A stretch of 63,978 nucleotides of DNA, filler included, from Octopus bimaculoides (GCF_001194135.2; 5 parts of 5 records of this genome joined end to end with filler, not necessarily neighbours in it); one strand, 5' to 3'. Shown: positions 52,181 to 63,877, counted from the whole stretch's first letter. Numbers and translations are program-made. The notes: generated from the letters alone by a model not told the origin.

Positions 52181-52479
52181 TTGTTTGATATTTTGCTCGT
52201 TTTTTGCATATCATGTTTTGTATTATAGGGGGCAGATTGCCAAAGGTAAATAGTTTTTCTTATTTTGTTGAGAGTTTGTTGTTAGGATTGGGGTTTCCGG
52301 CTTTAGACCATATTAGGGGTTAGCTTAGGGATTCGTGAACGGTTTTTAGGGAGATTATTTAGGTAAGAGATCAAATTTTGAACTAGGAGTTAGGCTTTGT
52401 GGTGATGAGGAAGGTAGAGATTAAACAGGATCAGTATTGAAGATGAAGGTTTATATGTATGTATGTATGTGTGTGTGTG

Positions 52480-52975
52480 TGTTTGAGTAAGCTTTTGGGT
52501 TAGGGCTATTAAGTTAGTTGTCTCTCTGTCTTCTTTTTCGTACACGATTACTTCAATATAGGCTCACCTTGCTCGTCTGACAGCTACTACTCAGGCCCCA
52601 TTCCCTACTACAATAGGAGAAATGTAACCAAAGAAGGCCATATGTGTAAATATATATATACATATATATATATATATAATGTATGTATTTATCTGCATGT
52701 GTATGTAGTGCTTATGTATGCGTGTACATGTGTGTGTGTTGTGCGTTTCTATGTATGCGTGTGCATGTGTTTGGGTAAGCTTTTGGGTTAGGGCTATTGG
52801 GTTAGGGCTATTGGGTTAGGGCTATTGGGTTAGGGCTATTGGGTTAGTTGTCTCTTTGTCTTCTTTTTCGTACACGATTCCTTCAATATAGGCTCACCTT
52901 GCTCGTCTCACAGCTACTACTCATGCCCTATTCCCTTCTATAGTAGGAGAAATGTAACCAAGGAAGGGCCACATT
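52480..52975. repeat. Local duplication of a ~150-bp unit; copy 2 has GGGTTAGGGCTATT expanded x4
   Basis: Copies at about 52487-52640 and 52775-52972; 14-mer units at 52785-52840. Confidence 0.9.
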
Positions 52976-53329
52976 TAGTTCTACTGTTAACCACAGGATA
53001 TAGTGATTTCCTGCTACGCATTATGGGTAAAGATATTACGTCTACATCATGAAAACGACTAGTGGTTACATGATAATATCCATTGCCGTATATGGAGAAT
53101 ATATCTCCGATATCTGCTGTTATTCATGTGTGGTTCAAAGGTTTATTTCAACCTCGTTTGTGAGATTAAGAAGTAGAGAAATAGGAAGCAGAAGTGTGTC
53201 TATTGTCTGTCAATGCTTTCTCTACCGTAATGTTCGCGAATTTGAGAATCCTCCTTCCACTAGCAATTACAATTTTATTCGTTGATCATTTTTTGCCTGT
53301 AACCCTTGCTTTGCTTTGTAGACGTCACG

Positions 53330-53385
53330 GCCCATTGGAATATCTGGCAACAGGCAACTCCTATAAAAGTCTCATCCGAAAAGGT
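53330..53385 (+). mobile_element. Possible PIF/Harbinger transposase scrap (YLATGNSYKSL)
   Basis: An 11-aa match to the LRYLATG.SY.SL motif only. Confidence 0.35.
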
Positions 53386-53679
53386 CCGCCACCCCGTCTT
53401 CTCGCAGCTGGGTCTAGCGAAGAGTGGGCTTTGTATTGAGTCGAGATGTTCAGACTAGAAACAAGCCATTGGACATAGGTGTAAAGGCGTAGTCTTTGAG
53501 CTTCTCGAATGCTGCAACGAGGCCCTTAGAATAAATGCCACATGGACGTTCGTTGCGTTGGCCTCCAGCGATGAGCGAACATTCCTCACTCACATTAAGT
53601 TCATGGCTGTTCACAAAGAAAATGTGATAATCGCTCGAGTGCAGGTATGGCAAATGCGCCTGGATCGGGGCGATATTTC

Positions 53680-53945
53680 TAGGGCAGGTGTTTTCTAATA
53701 TAGCCTCGGACCAACCAAAGCCTTGTGAGTGGAATTGGTAGACGGAAACTGAAAGAAGCCCATGAGATATATATATATATATAAGTGTAGGAGAGGCTGT
53801 GTGTTAAGTAGCTTGCTTACAAACCACATGGTTCCATGTTCAGTCCCACTGCGTGGCACATTGGGCAGGTGTCTTCTACTATAGTCTCGGGCCGACCAAA
53901 GCCTTGTGAGTGGATTCGGTAGACGGAAACTGAAAGAATTCCATC
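53680..53945 (+). mobile_element. Two adjacent family B SINEs (3' part of the body, then a full 5' half)
   Basis: GGGCAGGTGT.TTCTA.TATAG.CTCGG..CAAAGCCTTGTGAGTGGA..GGTAGACGGAAACTGAAAGAA occurs twice. Confidence 0.9.
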
Positions 53946-54556
53946 TTATATATATATANNNNNNNNNNNNNNNNNNNNNNNNNNNNNNNNNNNNNNNNNN
54001 NNTTAATTAATTAANNNNNNNNNNNNNNNNNNNNNNNNNNNNNNNNNNNNNNNNNNNNATATGCATTCATCCACTCACACACTGAAGTATAATCGTAAAC
54101 GTATGCATATATAGAATTATACGTACATACATACCTACCTACGTTATACAGACTTTAAAATGTGAAACCGTTATTACGTGCTTCTTTGTTATGTATATGA
54201 AGATTGTGAGTAAAATATGTGCATATGCTTACGTATATGCATTACTGAGCAAGTGTATGGTTCCATAGATAGACAAATGTTGCTGTTAGTATTATCACCT
54301 CCAAAGATCTCGAGACGTTAGTTGCAGTTAAATATCGTAAAGTAACAAAAACGAAAAATACCCTGAAGGTATGAAAATCTCCACGTTATGTAATGCGTTT
54401 TTATTACTTATTCGGAATGTGTGCATGTTTGTGCGTGAGTGTGTGTGTGTGCGTGTATGTGTATGTGTGTAAATGTGTGTACGCATATATACGTAGGTGT
54501 ATTTATATGTAAGCATATATGCATACACACACATACATATATATAGATAGATATAT

Positions 54557-54615
<59 letters not shown>

Positions 54616-55364
54616 NNNNNNNNNNNNNNNNNNNNNNNNNNNNNNNNNNNNNNNNNNNNNNNNNNNNNNNNNNNNNNNNNNNNNNNNNNNNNNNNNNNNN
54701 NNNNNNNNNNNNNNNNNNNNNNNNNNNNNNNNNNNNNNNNNNNNNNNNNNNNNNNNNNNNNNNNNNNNNNNNNNNNNNNNNNNNNNNNNNNNNNNNNNNN
54801 NNNNNNNNNNNNNNNNNNNNNNNNNNNNNNNNNNNNNNNNNNNNNNNNNNNNNNNNNNNNNNNNNNNNNNNNNNNNNNNNNNNNNNNNNNNNNNNNNNNN
54901 NNNNNNNNNNNNNNNNNNNNNNNNNNNNNNNNNNNNNNNNNNNNNNNNNNNNNNNNNNNNNNNNNNNNNNNNNNNNNNNNNNNNNNNNNNNNNNNNNNNN
55001 NNNNNNNNNNNNNNNNNNNNNNNNNNNNNNNNNNNNNNNNNNNNNNNNNNNNNNNNNNNNNNNNNNNNNNNNNNNNNNNNNNNNNNNNNNNNNNNNNNNN
55101 NNNNNNNNNNNNNNNNNNNNNNNNNNNNNNNNNNNNNNNNNNNNNNNNNNNNNNNNNNNNNNNNNNNNNNNNNNNNNNNNNNNNNNNNNNNNNNNNNNNN
55201 NNNNNNNNNNNNNNNNNNNNNNNNNNNNNNNNNNNNNNNNNNNNNNNNNNNNNNNNNNNNNNNNNNNNNNNNNNNNNNNNNNNNNNNNNNNNNNNNNNNN
55301 NNNNNNNNNNNNNNNNNNNNNNNNNNNNATATATATATTTATATATATATAGATATGTATTTTA

Positions 55365-55425
55365 TTTATTTATTTATTTATTTATTTATGTGTTTCAGCC
55401 AAGTGGCTGCGGTCATGCTGTTGGC
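55365..55425 (-). mobile_element. Very short 3' LINE-tail retrocopy
   Basis: Reverse complement CAGCATGACCGCAGCCACTTGGCTGAAACACATAAATA is identical to about 42617-42654. Confidence 0.7.
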
Positions 55426-56519
55426 ATGCATGTATGTATGTATGTATGTATGTATGTATGTATGTATGTATGCACGTATGTAGAGGAGTAGATGTATATA
55501 AACAGTAAAGACTCATTCATCTGGTATCCACACAAGGTCCAGCAGACCAGACCCGATAGTCGGATTTCATTCCCGCTCCACCGAATCTAATTTCTATGCA
55601 TCGTCACTGACTGCTGACGTCATTTCATCATTGTTGACATTCAACTTGAGAAAGACAATGGCCAGCGCCCAAATATTGCGTATTTGTCTATTTCTTTTTT
55701 ATATATTGTCCATCCATTAGTGAAAACGCCTTGCAATAGAAGCAATTATGCTGGAAAAGATAAGACCGAAAGTATATATATATATATACAAGTGAAGGAG
55801 AGCTGCGGAGCGTCAGCCTCACCATCTCGCCCGTCACCATCTTCAATACAAATAGCAAGACCAGGTCGCGACGACTGGGGATCAATACAGCAGACGAGCA
55901 AGATGTCGTCCTTTTGCATCATCTTGCTCTCTGTATCTCACATAGCGTTACTGTAGCTGCCTTCCTTTACGTTTAACCTTAATTGTTTCTACTACAGACT
56001 CCCCTGGGACTCAGTCGAAACATGCAAAGGTAGACAAGCCCTATTATGCCAATTACCCCTATCTGGTATCCTAACAGGTGCTACTACCCCAGGTCCGAGT
56101 AGGGCTGGGAACAGAAGGGAGTAAGGGTTGGTTCTACACAACTCAAAACACTGTCGAGACATGATGTTATATGAGATGTCTTTATCTTGTATGTCTCTCT
56201 GCTCGGTGGACATTAGGGGCGGATTTAAGGGACTTTGTGTGTGACTATTGTTATTGTTTAAATCCGTGTTGGATTTGAATGAGCAGATCTATCTTACGTT
56301 TCGTTACAATGAGATTCTCGTCAACATCTGAATGTAAACTTACAAACTTTATACAGGCTGACAAAGACCACGGAGAAACAATGCCAAAAGCCTTGTGATC
56401 ATAAAGATGAAATTTAAACGTAGACGTTTTAAATGGTGTGTGTATATATATATATATATATATATGTAAGTATGTATGTTTGTATGTATATATATGTGCC
56501 TATATATATATGGATGTTT

Positions 56520-56900
56520 GTGGAGGCGCAATGGTCCAGTGGTTAGGGCGGCGGACTCGCGGTCATAAGATCGCGGTTTCGATTCCCAGACCGGGCGTTG
56601 TGAGTGTTTATTGAGCGAAAACACCTAAAGCTCCACGAGGCTCCGGCAGGGGATGGTGGCGAACCCTGCTATACTCTTTCACCACAACTTTCTCTCACTC
56701 TTACTTCCTGTTTCTGTTGTGCCTGTAATTCAAAGGGTCAGCCTTGTCACACTGTGTCACGCTGAATATCCCCGAGAACTACGTTAAGGGTACACATGTC
56801 TGTGGAGTGCTCAGCCACTTGCACGTTAATTTCACGACCAGGCTGTTCTGTTGATCGGATCAACTGGAACCCTCGACGTCGTAAGCGACCGAGTCCCAAC
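56520..56900 (+). mobile_element. tRNA-derived SINE (family A, about 380 bp, well preserved)
   Basis: A box TGGTCCAGTGG (56532), B box GTTTCGATTCC (56576), body shared with 46620-46932. Confidence 0.88.
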
Positions 56901-57329
56901 TACAAATATGGATTTTTGTAGTTATGTGCCTGCATACTTTTTGATATTAATCAACTCTCTATGTCTGTATATTCTTTGCAGTAAATGTAGCAGACTATTG
57001 AACTCTTGCTTGCATACGTTCGTAGTCCCATTCTCTAATGATACACAGGCATTCACTCTACGAACCTTTTACAGGTCAGTATTAAGCACTGGATCTCTGC
57101 TACAAAGTAGAGTATATTGATATGTATTTCTAAATCGTATAATGAATATAAATTATGCTTTCGACTCCTGCCGAGCACTTTAATGTTCTTGAGGTGAATG
57201 CAATCAATTTTACTTTTATCGTTTGTATTCCTCTGTTCGGCGCTGAATTTCAATATGCTACTTCACTATATTCTAACTTAGATACTTTCAACCGAACAAG
57301 GTGGATTTGCCAGCCCACTAAATACTTTC

Positions 57330-57372
57330 CGCCTCGCTGATGAATGCACACTTGCATGAAACGTGAGATCTC
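57330..57372 (+). ncRNA. Decayed minimal hammerhead motif
   Basis: CTGATGA-ATGCA-CACT-TGCAT-GAAA-CGTG; G at the cleavage position and a poor stem I. Confidence 0.5.
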
Positions 57373-57707
57373 ACGGTCCGAGAAGAAATGTTTTATGTTT
57401 GCATCAGCATTTTATATATTTATGTTACTACATGCACATTGAACTTATAACTTTCATACGCACATGATAACTGTGTGTACACACCTACGTATATGGGTGC
57501 AAATGTTTGCCTGTGTGAACACATACAGGGTGTATCACAAGGAAAGGAAACATTTTAAGCGCAAATAACAAAAACTAGGACAAACACATTTATTAAGAAA
57601 AATGTAAAATATGATACCAAATTAGAACTTAAATGCGTTCCATTATTATAAGATGCATTCTTTTTGCATGTGTGTATATACACATACACATGTATACACG
57701 TGAATAC

Positions 57708-57774
<67 letters not shown>

Positions 57775-58049
57775 CATACACATATATGCATACACATATA
57801 TACATATATATTGTTCCACATGCATACGTACTTGTTTCCTCACACACACACATACACACACACATGCGTATACTCGTACACTCCCATACATATACATACA
57901 TACACTCACATAATCTTTATGGTCACGCACATGCTTGCCCCACCACACACACACACCCACACACGCCGCCCATATACACATATACACACGCACACTTTAT
58001 CCTTCCAAATACACACACGCTTGCACATACACACACTTTAGTCAGGTTA

Positions 58050-58290
58050 CTCTTGTTTCCCTTGCCACCAAGCATTTCTTTCTTTCCAGTCAATTCAGCA
58101 TCTGAAACCGTTAACCCAATTACGTTTTTTTTTTCCCCACTCCGTTTTTTTCCCTCATTCCTTTCTGTAGAAGGGCGCAGACTCGAAACGTCAAGGAGTC
58201 TTTCATTTTTCCTGAGCGTCAAACTAATATACTTTGTTTTTTGTTCCCTCATCAATCTCTGTCTTCTGTTCTTTGTTTTTTTTTTGGTAC
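58050..58290 (+). mobile_element. Penelope-type terminal repeat fragment (second copy about 60020-60210)
   Basis: CTGTAGAAG.GC..AG.CTCGAAAC.T.A..GA.T.TTTCATTT.CC.GAGCGT.AAACTAATATA shared with 60086. Confidence 0.65.
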
Positions 58291-58327
58291 AAATTTGAAC
58301 CATATATATATATATATATATATATGT

Positions 58328-58614
58328 ATGGAAAACAAACCTCACCCAGCTATTCTGATTATATGTCTGTGCACACGTTTGAATGTGGTGTGTGCCAGAG
58401 GGTTTGCAAATCCAATGGGGGTCTTAAAAGTCATGTTAGGATCCACAATGAGCAGAAGTTACTTGCAGGTATTGGTAGTGCAAATCAGAGGTGCAATATG
58501 TGTGGGTGTTTTTTCAAAACACTGTCTGGTTTAAAAAGCCACATCAGACGCCATGAAAGGGCTAAGGTGTAGGTGCAGGAGGTGGTCAAACTCTGTTTAA
58601 GGAGTAGACAACCA

Positions 58615-58618
<4 letters not shown>
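58328..58618 (+). mobile_element. Short insertion in (TA)n encoding two C2H2 zinc fingers (58363-58572); probable 5'-truncated LINE 3' end
   Basis: CGVC-x12-HVRIH and CNMC-x12-HIRRH; no TGEKP linker; (TA)n on both sides. Confidence 0.6.
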
Positions 58619-58672
<54 letters not shown>

Positions 58673-59579
58673 ATATATATGGGAATAATTCTTAAGCTCT
58701 CTGTAGATAAAAATGCACTCGGCTAACAAACGGACTAGTGATCGATATTGTACTTGAAGCATTGTAACTTAAGGATAAGAAAACAAAGTGTAATATTAAG
58801 TATTCAATATTGAGCAATGTATCTCCCGAGGTCTTAGGGAAAACTAGAAGTGAACTTTTTCCTAGAAGCGTCATTGTCAATACTTACGTCAGAGTATAAT
58901 ATGAATAAAAAGCCAGGATTAGCGGTAAGATATGAGCATTTTTACGACAAAACCTTTAAATAATTCCCTCGATAATTAAAAGGATATAACACACGCACCC
59001 CTTCCTAACCCAATGACTTAGAGATAATGGATATTTGGATTAAATGGATATTTGTCAATTTTCTTAACTGCTTCAAATATAGATTTCCCCTCCTTATCCC
59101 TTCTCTCTATTTATTTGAAGATGAAGAAGATATCTTTTTAATTTGTTTTACCCATTCCGTTTTTTCCCCCATTTTTATTACTATTTTTACTTTGGTTTTA
59201 TTACTTTTGTTTTGCTTTGGTTTTATTTGACTTTGTTTTATTTTCATCTTCTTTGTTTAGTACTTGTTTCATTTACTCTACAACCTTATCTAAGAATCAT
59301 ATCTTAGCCTTGCCATTTCAGCTGTACTAATGATACTTTGTCTTATAATTTAGGATCGTATTTAGTCTTGGTCTTACTGCTACTTGTTCTAGTTTATTTT
59401 ATAATTTCTGATTACTAGTTCTAAGTAGTTCCGTTAACAGTTTTGCACTTCTATGAATTCCTGGTAATTAATTAGACAGATTTAGACACTTCGGGTTTCA
59501 AATAATTAGCAATACCAGGGCTGCCTTTTGGTTTGTATATTTTCAAATACTTCCCCTTCACATCGTTTCTAAAATACAG

Positions 59580-59665
59580 TAGTCAATGCCAAAAGCCTAC
59601 CAATGATCCTACGAGGTTGTGGAGTATCAAATTTCTTTACTGGATGTCAATACTATACATCCTTG
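59580..59665 (+). CDS. Candidate exon (model B), SQCQKPTNDPTRLWSIKFLYWMSILYIL; alternative frame VNAKSLPMILRGCGVSNFFTGCQYYTSL
   Basis: ttccccttcacatcgtttctaaaatacag acceptor, TTG|gtaagt donor, two open frames. Confidence 0.5.
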
Positions 59666-60019
59666 GTAAGTGAGAACAATATCTTAAAGTTGGTTGATAG
59701 AAATAGGCGACTTAGTTCTCTACAAATGCCACACTGACCAAATATCATCCTCTTTTCTTTTCCACTTTTACTTCGGCAGTTGATTTGTTTTTGCTCTGCG
59801 GAAGATAGCATTGTGTTGATGCTACCCTATATTTTCAGTCGGTCAATCGACAGTTGATAAAATTGAACTATGAACGCACCCAAATGCGTATCTGAAGCAG
59901 CTGGAAGTCTGTAATACATAAACTTATATAATCATTATATCTGTCTATTGTATGTGTGTGTGTGTGCGTACGTGCGCGTGTATGTGTACGTGTGTGTGTG
60001 TGTGAGTGTGTGTTTGTAT

Positions 60020-60210
60020 TTGTCCTCCACAATCACTTCACACATATTCTTTATTTTCTCTCCTTGTTTCTTTGTGTATTCCTTTCTGTAGAAGAGCATA
60101 GGCTCGAAACATTAAAGACTTTTTCATTTCCCGAGCGTTAAACTAATATATCTGTTTGTTGTCTACACCATCTGTCTTCGTCTTTTTTTTTTTTGTGAAT
60201 TCTCCCTATA
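60020..60210 (+). mobile_element. Penelope-type terminal repeat fragment with decayed hammerhead motif
   Basis: CTGTAGA-A-GAGC-ATAG-GCTC-GAAAC at 60086-60110. Confidence 0.65.
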
Positions 60211-61249
60211 TATATGTATATCTATATCTATATATCTATCTATCTATATATCTATATATNNNNNNNNNNNNNNNNNNNNNNNNNNNNNNNNNNNNNNNNN
60301 NNNNNNNNNNNNNNNNNNNNNNNNNNNNNNNNNNNNNNNNNNNNNNNNNNNNNNNNNNNNNNNNNNNNNNNNNNNNNNNNNNNNNNNNNNNNNNNNNNNN
60401 NNNNNNNNNNNNNNNNNNNNNNNNNNNNNNNNNNNNNNNNNNNNNNNNNNNNNNNNNNNNNNNNNNNNNNNNNNNNNNNNNNNNNNNNNNNNNNNNNNNN
60501 NNNNNNNNNNNNNNNNNNNNNNNNNNNNNNNNNNNNNNNNNNNNNNNNNNNNNNNNNNNNNNNNNNNNNNNNNNNNNNNNNNNNNNNNNNNNNNNNNNNN
60601 NNNNNNNNNNNNNNNNNNNNNNNNNNNNNNNNNNNNNNNNNNNNNNNNNNNNNNNNNNNNNNNNNNNNNNNNNNNNNNNNNNNNNNNNNNNNNNNNNNNN
60701 NNNNNNNNNNNNNNNNNNNNNNNNNNNNNNNNNNNNNNNNNNNNNNNNNNNNNNNNNNNNNNNNNNNNNNNNNNNNNNNNNNNNNNNNNNNNNNNNNNNN
60801 NNNNNNNNNNNNNNNNNNNNNNNNNNNNNNNNNNNNNNNNNNNNNNNNNNNNNNNNNNNNNNNNNNNNNNNNNNNNNNNNNNNNNNNNNNNNNNNNNNNN
60901 NNNNNNNNNNNNNNNNNNNNNNNNNNNNNNNNNNNNNNNNNNNNNNNNNNNNNNNNNNNNNNNNNNNNNNNNNNNNNNNNNNNNNNNNNNNNNNNNNNNN
61001 NNNNNNNNNNNNNNNNNNNNNNNNNNNNNNNNNNNNNNNNNNNNNNNNNNNNNNNNNNNNNNNNNNNNNNNNNNNNNNNNNNNNNNNNNNNNNNNNNNNN
61101 NNNNNNNNNNNNNNNNNNNNNNNNNNNNNNNNNNNNNNNNNNNNNNNNNNNNNNNNNNNNNNNNNNNNNNNNNNNNNNNNNNNNNNNNNNNNNNNNNNNN
61201 NNNNNNNNNNNNNNNNNNNNNNNNNNNNNNNNNNNNNNNNNNNNNNTAC

Positions 61250-61326
<77 letters not shown>

Positions 61327-61404
61327 CATATATATATATATGTATATATAGATATAGATATATATATGTGTGTGTGTGTCTGTGTGTGTGTTGTGTGTAT
61401 GCAT

Positions 61405-61660
61405 ATGGCGCAGACGTGGCTGTGTGGTGAAAAGTTTGCTTCTCGACCACATGGTTCCGAATTCAAACCCACTGTATGCCACCTTGGGCAAGTATCTTCT
61501 ACTATAACCCCGCGCCGGCCAAACCCTTGTGAGTGGATTTAGTAGACGTAGACTGAAAGAGGCCTGCCGTATATGTGTATGCGTGGGCGCGCGTCTTTGT
61601 GTCTGTGATTTATCCCACCACCCTTGACAACCGGTGTTGATGTGTTCACGCCCCCGTAAA
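61405..61660 (+). mobile_element. Composite family B SINE: 5' half, short microsatellite, start of the 3' half
   Basis: GTGGCTGTGTGG..GGTTCCGAATTC..CTTGTGAGTGGATTT..CTGAAAGA, then CCACCACCCTTGACAACCGGTGTTG. Confidence 0.85.
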
Positions 61661-62178
61661 TCTATACAGATAGTCATAAGTATGTACATACTTACACTAT
61701 CTATCTATCTATCTATATATATATATANNNNNNNNNNNNNNNNNNNNNNNNNNNNNNNNNNNNNNNNNNNNTTAATTAATTAANNNNNNNNNNNNNNNNN
61801 NNNNNNNNNNNNNNNNNNNNNNNNNNNATATATATATAAACACATATATATATGTATATATATTTACATATATAGGTATATACATGTGTATGTGTGAGTG
61901 TATATGTTTGCATGTATGTATACGACGTGTTATATTGCTGTAATGCATCAAAACCTATACACATATGATTGCTATAAATTTATATATATACATATATACA
62001 TATATAATGTCGTTGTTTGATATACTTAGCTCTAATATGTTTACTGAGAAACATTTATTGGCGAACATTTATGGTGCACTCATTTTCTTATTTATTTATT
62101 CCTTTGCTTTCTTGTCACATTTATCAGAGTAAAAATATATATTTCCAAAATATTAACATTGTTTTTCTCTTCTTCCAG

Positions 62179-62213
62179 CTTTGAGGTGTCTTGGAAGACA
62201 AAGTGTATTTTAA
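62179..62213 (+). CDS. Candidate last coding exon (model B), (A)LRCLGRQSVF*
   Basis: Strong tttttctcttcttccag acceptor; phase 1 matches the 59665 donor. Confidence 0.4.
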
Positions 62214-62611
62214 AATTGTTTACACATCCGTTTATGTGTCAGAGCTGAAATGTTGTCTTAAGGTAGACGTGACTGCGACAGCCATAAACAAAGGAGAGTT
62301 TAATATATGTGATACACTTTCGTCAATGGCTGTCGATGGAAAACCAGAGCGATTTTCTGCTATTTCACCAGTATTACTTTTTCAGTTCGTTGTCCGAGAG
62401 GCAAAGCAGCGCCCTTGAGCCTTTTCCAGAACTACACTTAGATCTGTCATGATCGCTACAACTCTGTTTCCATGACTGAAGATACAACACTCCCCTACCT
62501 CCGTAATCTGAATACTTAGCCGGTCAGCCGAAGGGTTCACTTCCCACCTATTGCTGAACTCATTTGCAACTGAGTACAACGTCAAGAGCTCAACACATCA
62601 CCTTATCCTGA

Positions 62612-62692
62612 AATTATGGAGTGAATTTTAGGGCTTATAAATCTAATTAAAAAACTATTAGATTCATAAGCCCTAAAATTCACTCCATAATT
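62612..62692. other. 81-nt near-perfect hairpin (36-bp stem, one mismatch, 9-nt loop)
   Basis: 62612-62638 pairs perfectly with 62666-62692; 62640-62647 pairs with 62657-62664. Confidence 0.95.
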
Positions 62693-62700
62693 GCCCACTG

Positions 62701-62756
62701 GCATATGGCGTAGTGGGTAAGTCCGCGGGCAACTAGTTCGACTCCAGGCAGTGACT

Positions 62757-62760
<4 letters not shown>
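62701..62760 (+). mobile_element. Very short tRNA-head SINE ending in (AAT)n
   Basis: A box TGGCGTAGTGG (62706), B box GTTCGACTCC (62736), then (AAT)n. Confidence 0.7.
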
Positions 62761-62788
<28 letters not shown>

Positions 62789-62789
<1 letters not shown>

Positions 62790-63065
62790 TCGAGAGATAG
62801 AAGTTTAGAAGTTGTGGTCGATGAAAAAGGTAGCAGTAGTACCAATAATTGTCGGAGCCCTGGAAACAGTGAGCAAAAATCTTGAGAAGTACATGGAACA
62901 AATAGGGGCTGCAATAAGGGTGGAGCACTTGCAGAAAACAGCACTGCTTGGAACCACTTGAATACTTCGGAAGGTGTAGGAAAAATAAGAGGGGTTAACT
63001 TAGTTCACTGGTAGTGAACAGCTGAAACTGTAGCACATCTCCAGCGTTAGAAGCAGTGCAAAGGC
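62789..63065 (+). mobile_element. R4/Dong-clade LINE 3' end inserted in an (AAT)n tract
   Basis: LWSMKKVAVVPIIVGALETVSKNLEKY..EHLQKTALLGT*ILRKV; (AAT)n on both flanks. Confidence 0.82.
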
Positions 63066-63104
63066 AATAATAATAATAATAATAATAATAATAATCTTTT
63101 CTTT

Positions 63105-63311
63105 TATAGGCACAAGGCCTGAAATGTTGTGGGAGAGGACTAGTCGATTACATCGACCCAAGTGTTTCACTGGTACTTAATTTATCGACATCGAAAGGAT
63201 GAAAGGTAAAGTCGACCTCGGCGTAATTTGAACGCAGAACGTAGCGACGGGAGAAACACGGCAAAGCATTTCGTCCAGTGTGCTAACGATTCTTCCAGCT
63301 CCGCCGCCTTC
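63105..63311 (-). mobile_element. tRNA-derived SINE (family C)
   Basis: Reverse complement head AAGGCGGCGGAGCTGGAAGAATCGTTAGCAC..GCGTTCAAATTAC; body GTCGACTTTACCTTTCATCCTTTCG..GTCGATAAATTAAGTACCAG. Confidence 0.82.
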
Positions 63312-63329
63312 TGTTAGTTGTGATAATGA

Positions 63330-63834
63330 CATTTCGACGGTGATGATGGGGGAAGTTAGTGACGTGTCTGTTAGTAAGATGGTGACGGTGATGGCAGTGG
63401 TGGTGGTGGTGGTGGGAGTGGTACTGCTGCTGTTGATGGGCATTTTAGTGCTGTAATTATGACGATAGTGATGCTGATGGTGCTGGTGCTGGTGTCAACG
63501 CTGAGAAAGCGGTGGTGGTTGCGGCGGTGGAGGTAGTGGTGGATATATATATATAATGTGTGTGTGCGATAGTGATGTTGGTGGTGGTATGGGTGGTAGT
63601 GTTGGTGGTGTGTGAGAGGGAACAAGTGTTGGCGGTGCAAAGGGCGGCGTTAATCGATAGATTAAGTAAAGTGAATCTCATTGAACCACACTCGAGGGAC
63701 CTTTCTCTGTAAATGGGCGATGGTATTGAGCAAAGAAGAAGAGAGAGAGAAGGAAGAAGGAGAGAGGGAGAGGGAAGCCCTAAAGTGGGAGAAGGGAAGG
63801 AGAGACAGGGGGAGGAGGAGAGAAAGCAAGCTTG

Positions 63835-63877
<43 letters not shown>

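Noticed and set aside
52785-52847. Interstitial telomere
   Set aside because: TTAGGG is embedded in a 14-mer, not in a tandem hexamer array
55780-55970. GC-richer stretch with open frames
   Set aside because: No recognisable motif or splice pair
56520-56600. tRNA-like A and B boxes (also at 2280-2353, 62701 and others)
   Set aside because: No complete cloverleaf and they continue into SINE bodies, so they are not tRNA genes
2959-61689. Long ORFs in the track made of X, YIYI, CVCV, THTH, LSLS or ERER runs
   Set aside because: They are read-through of N gaps and microsatellites, not proteins
62191-62585. 75-aa (+) and 67-aa (-) ORFs; LEDKVY faintly like a Tc1 C-terminus
   Set aside because: Too little similarity; no start context or TIRs
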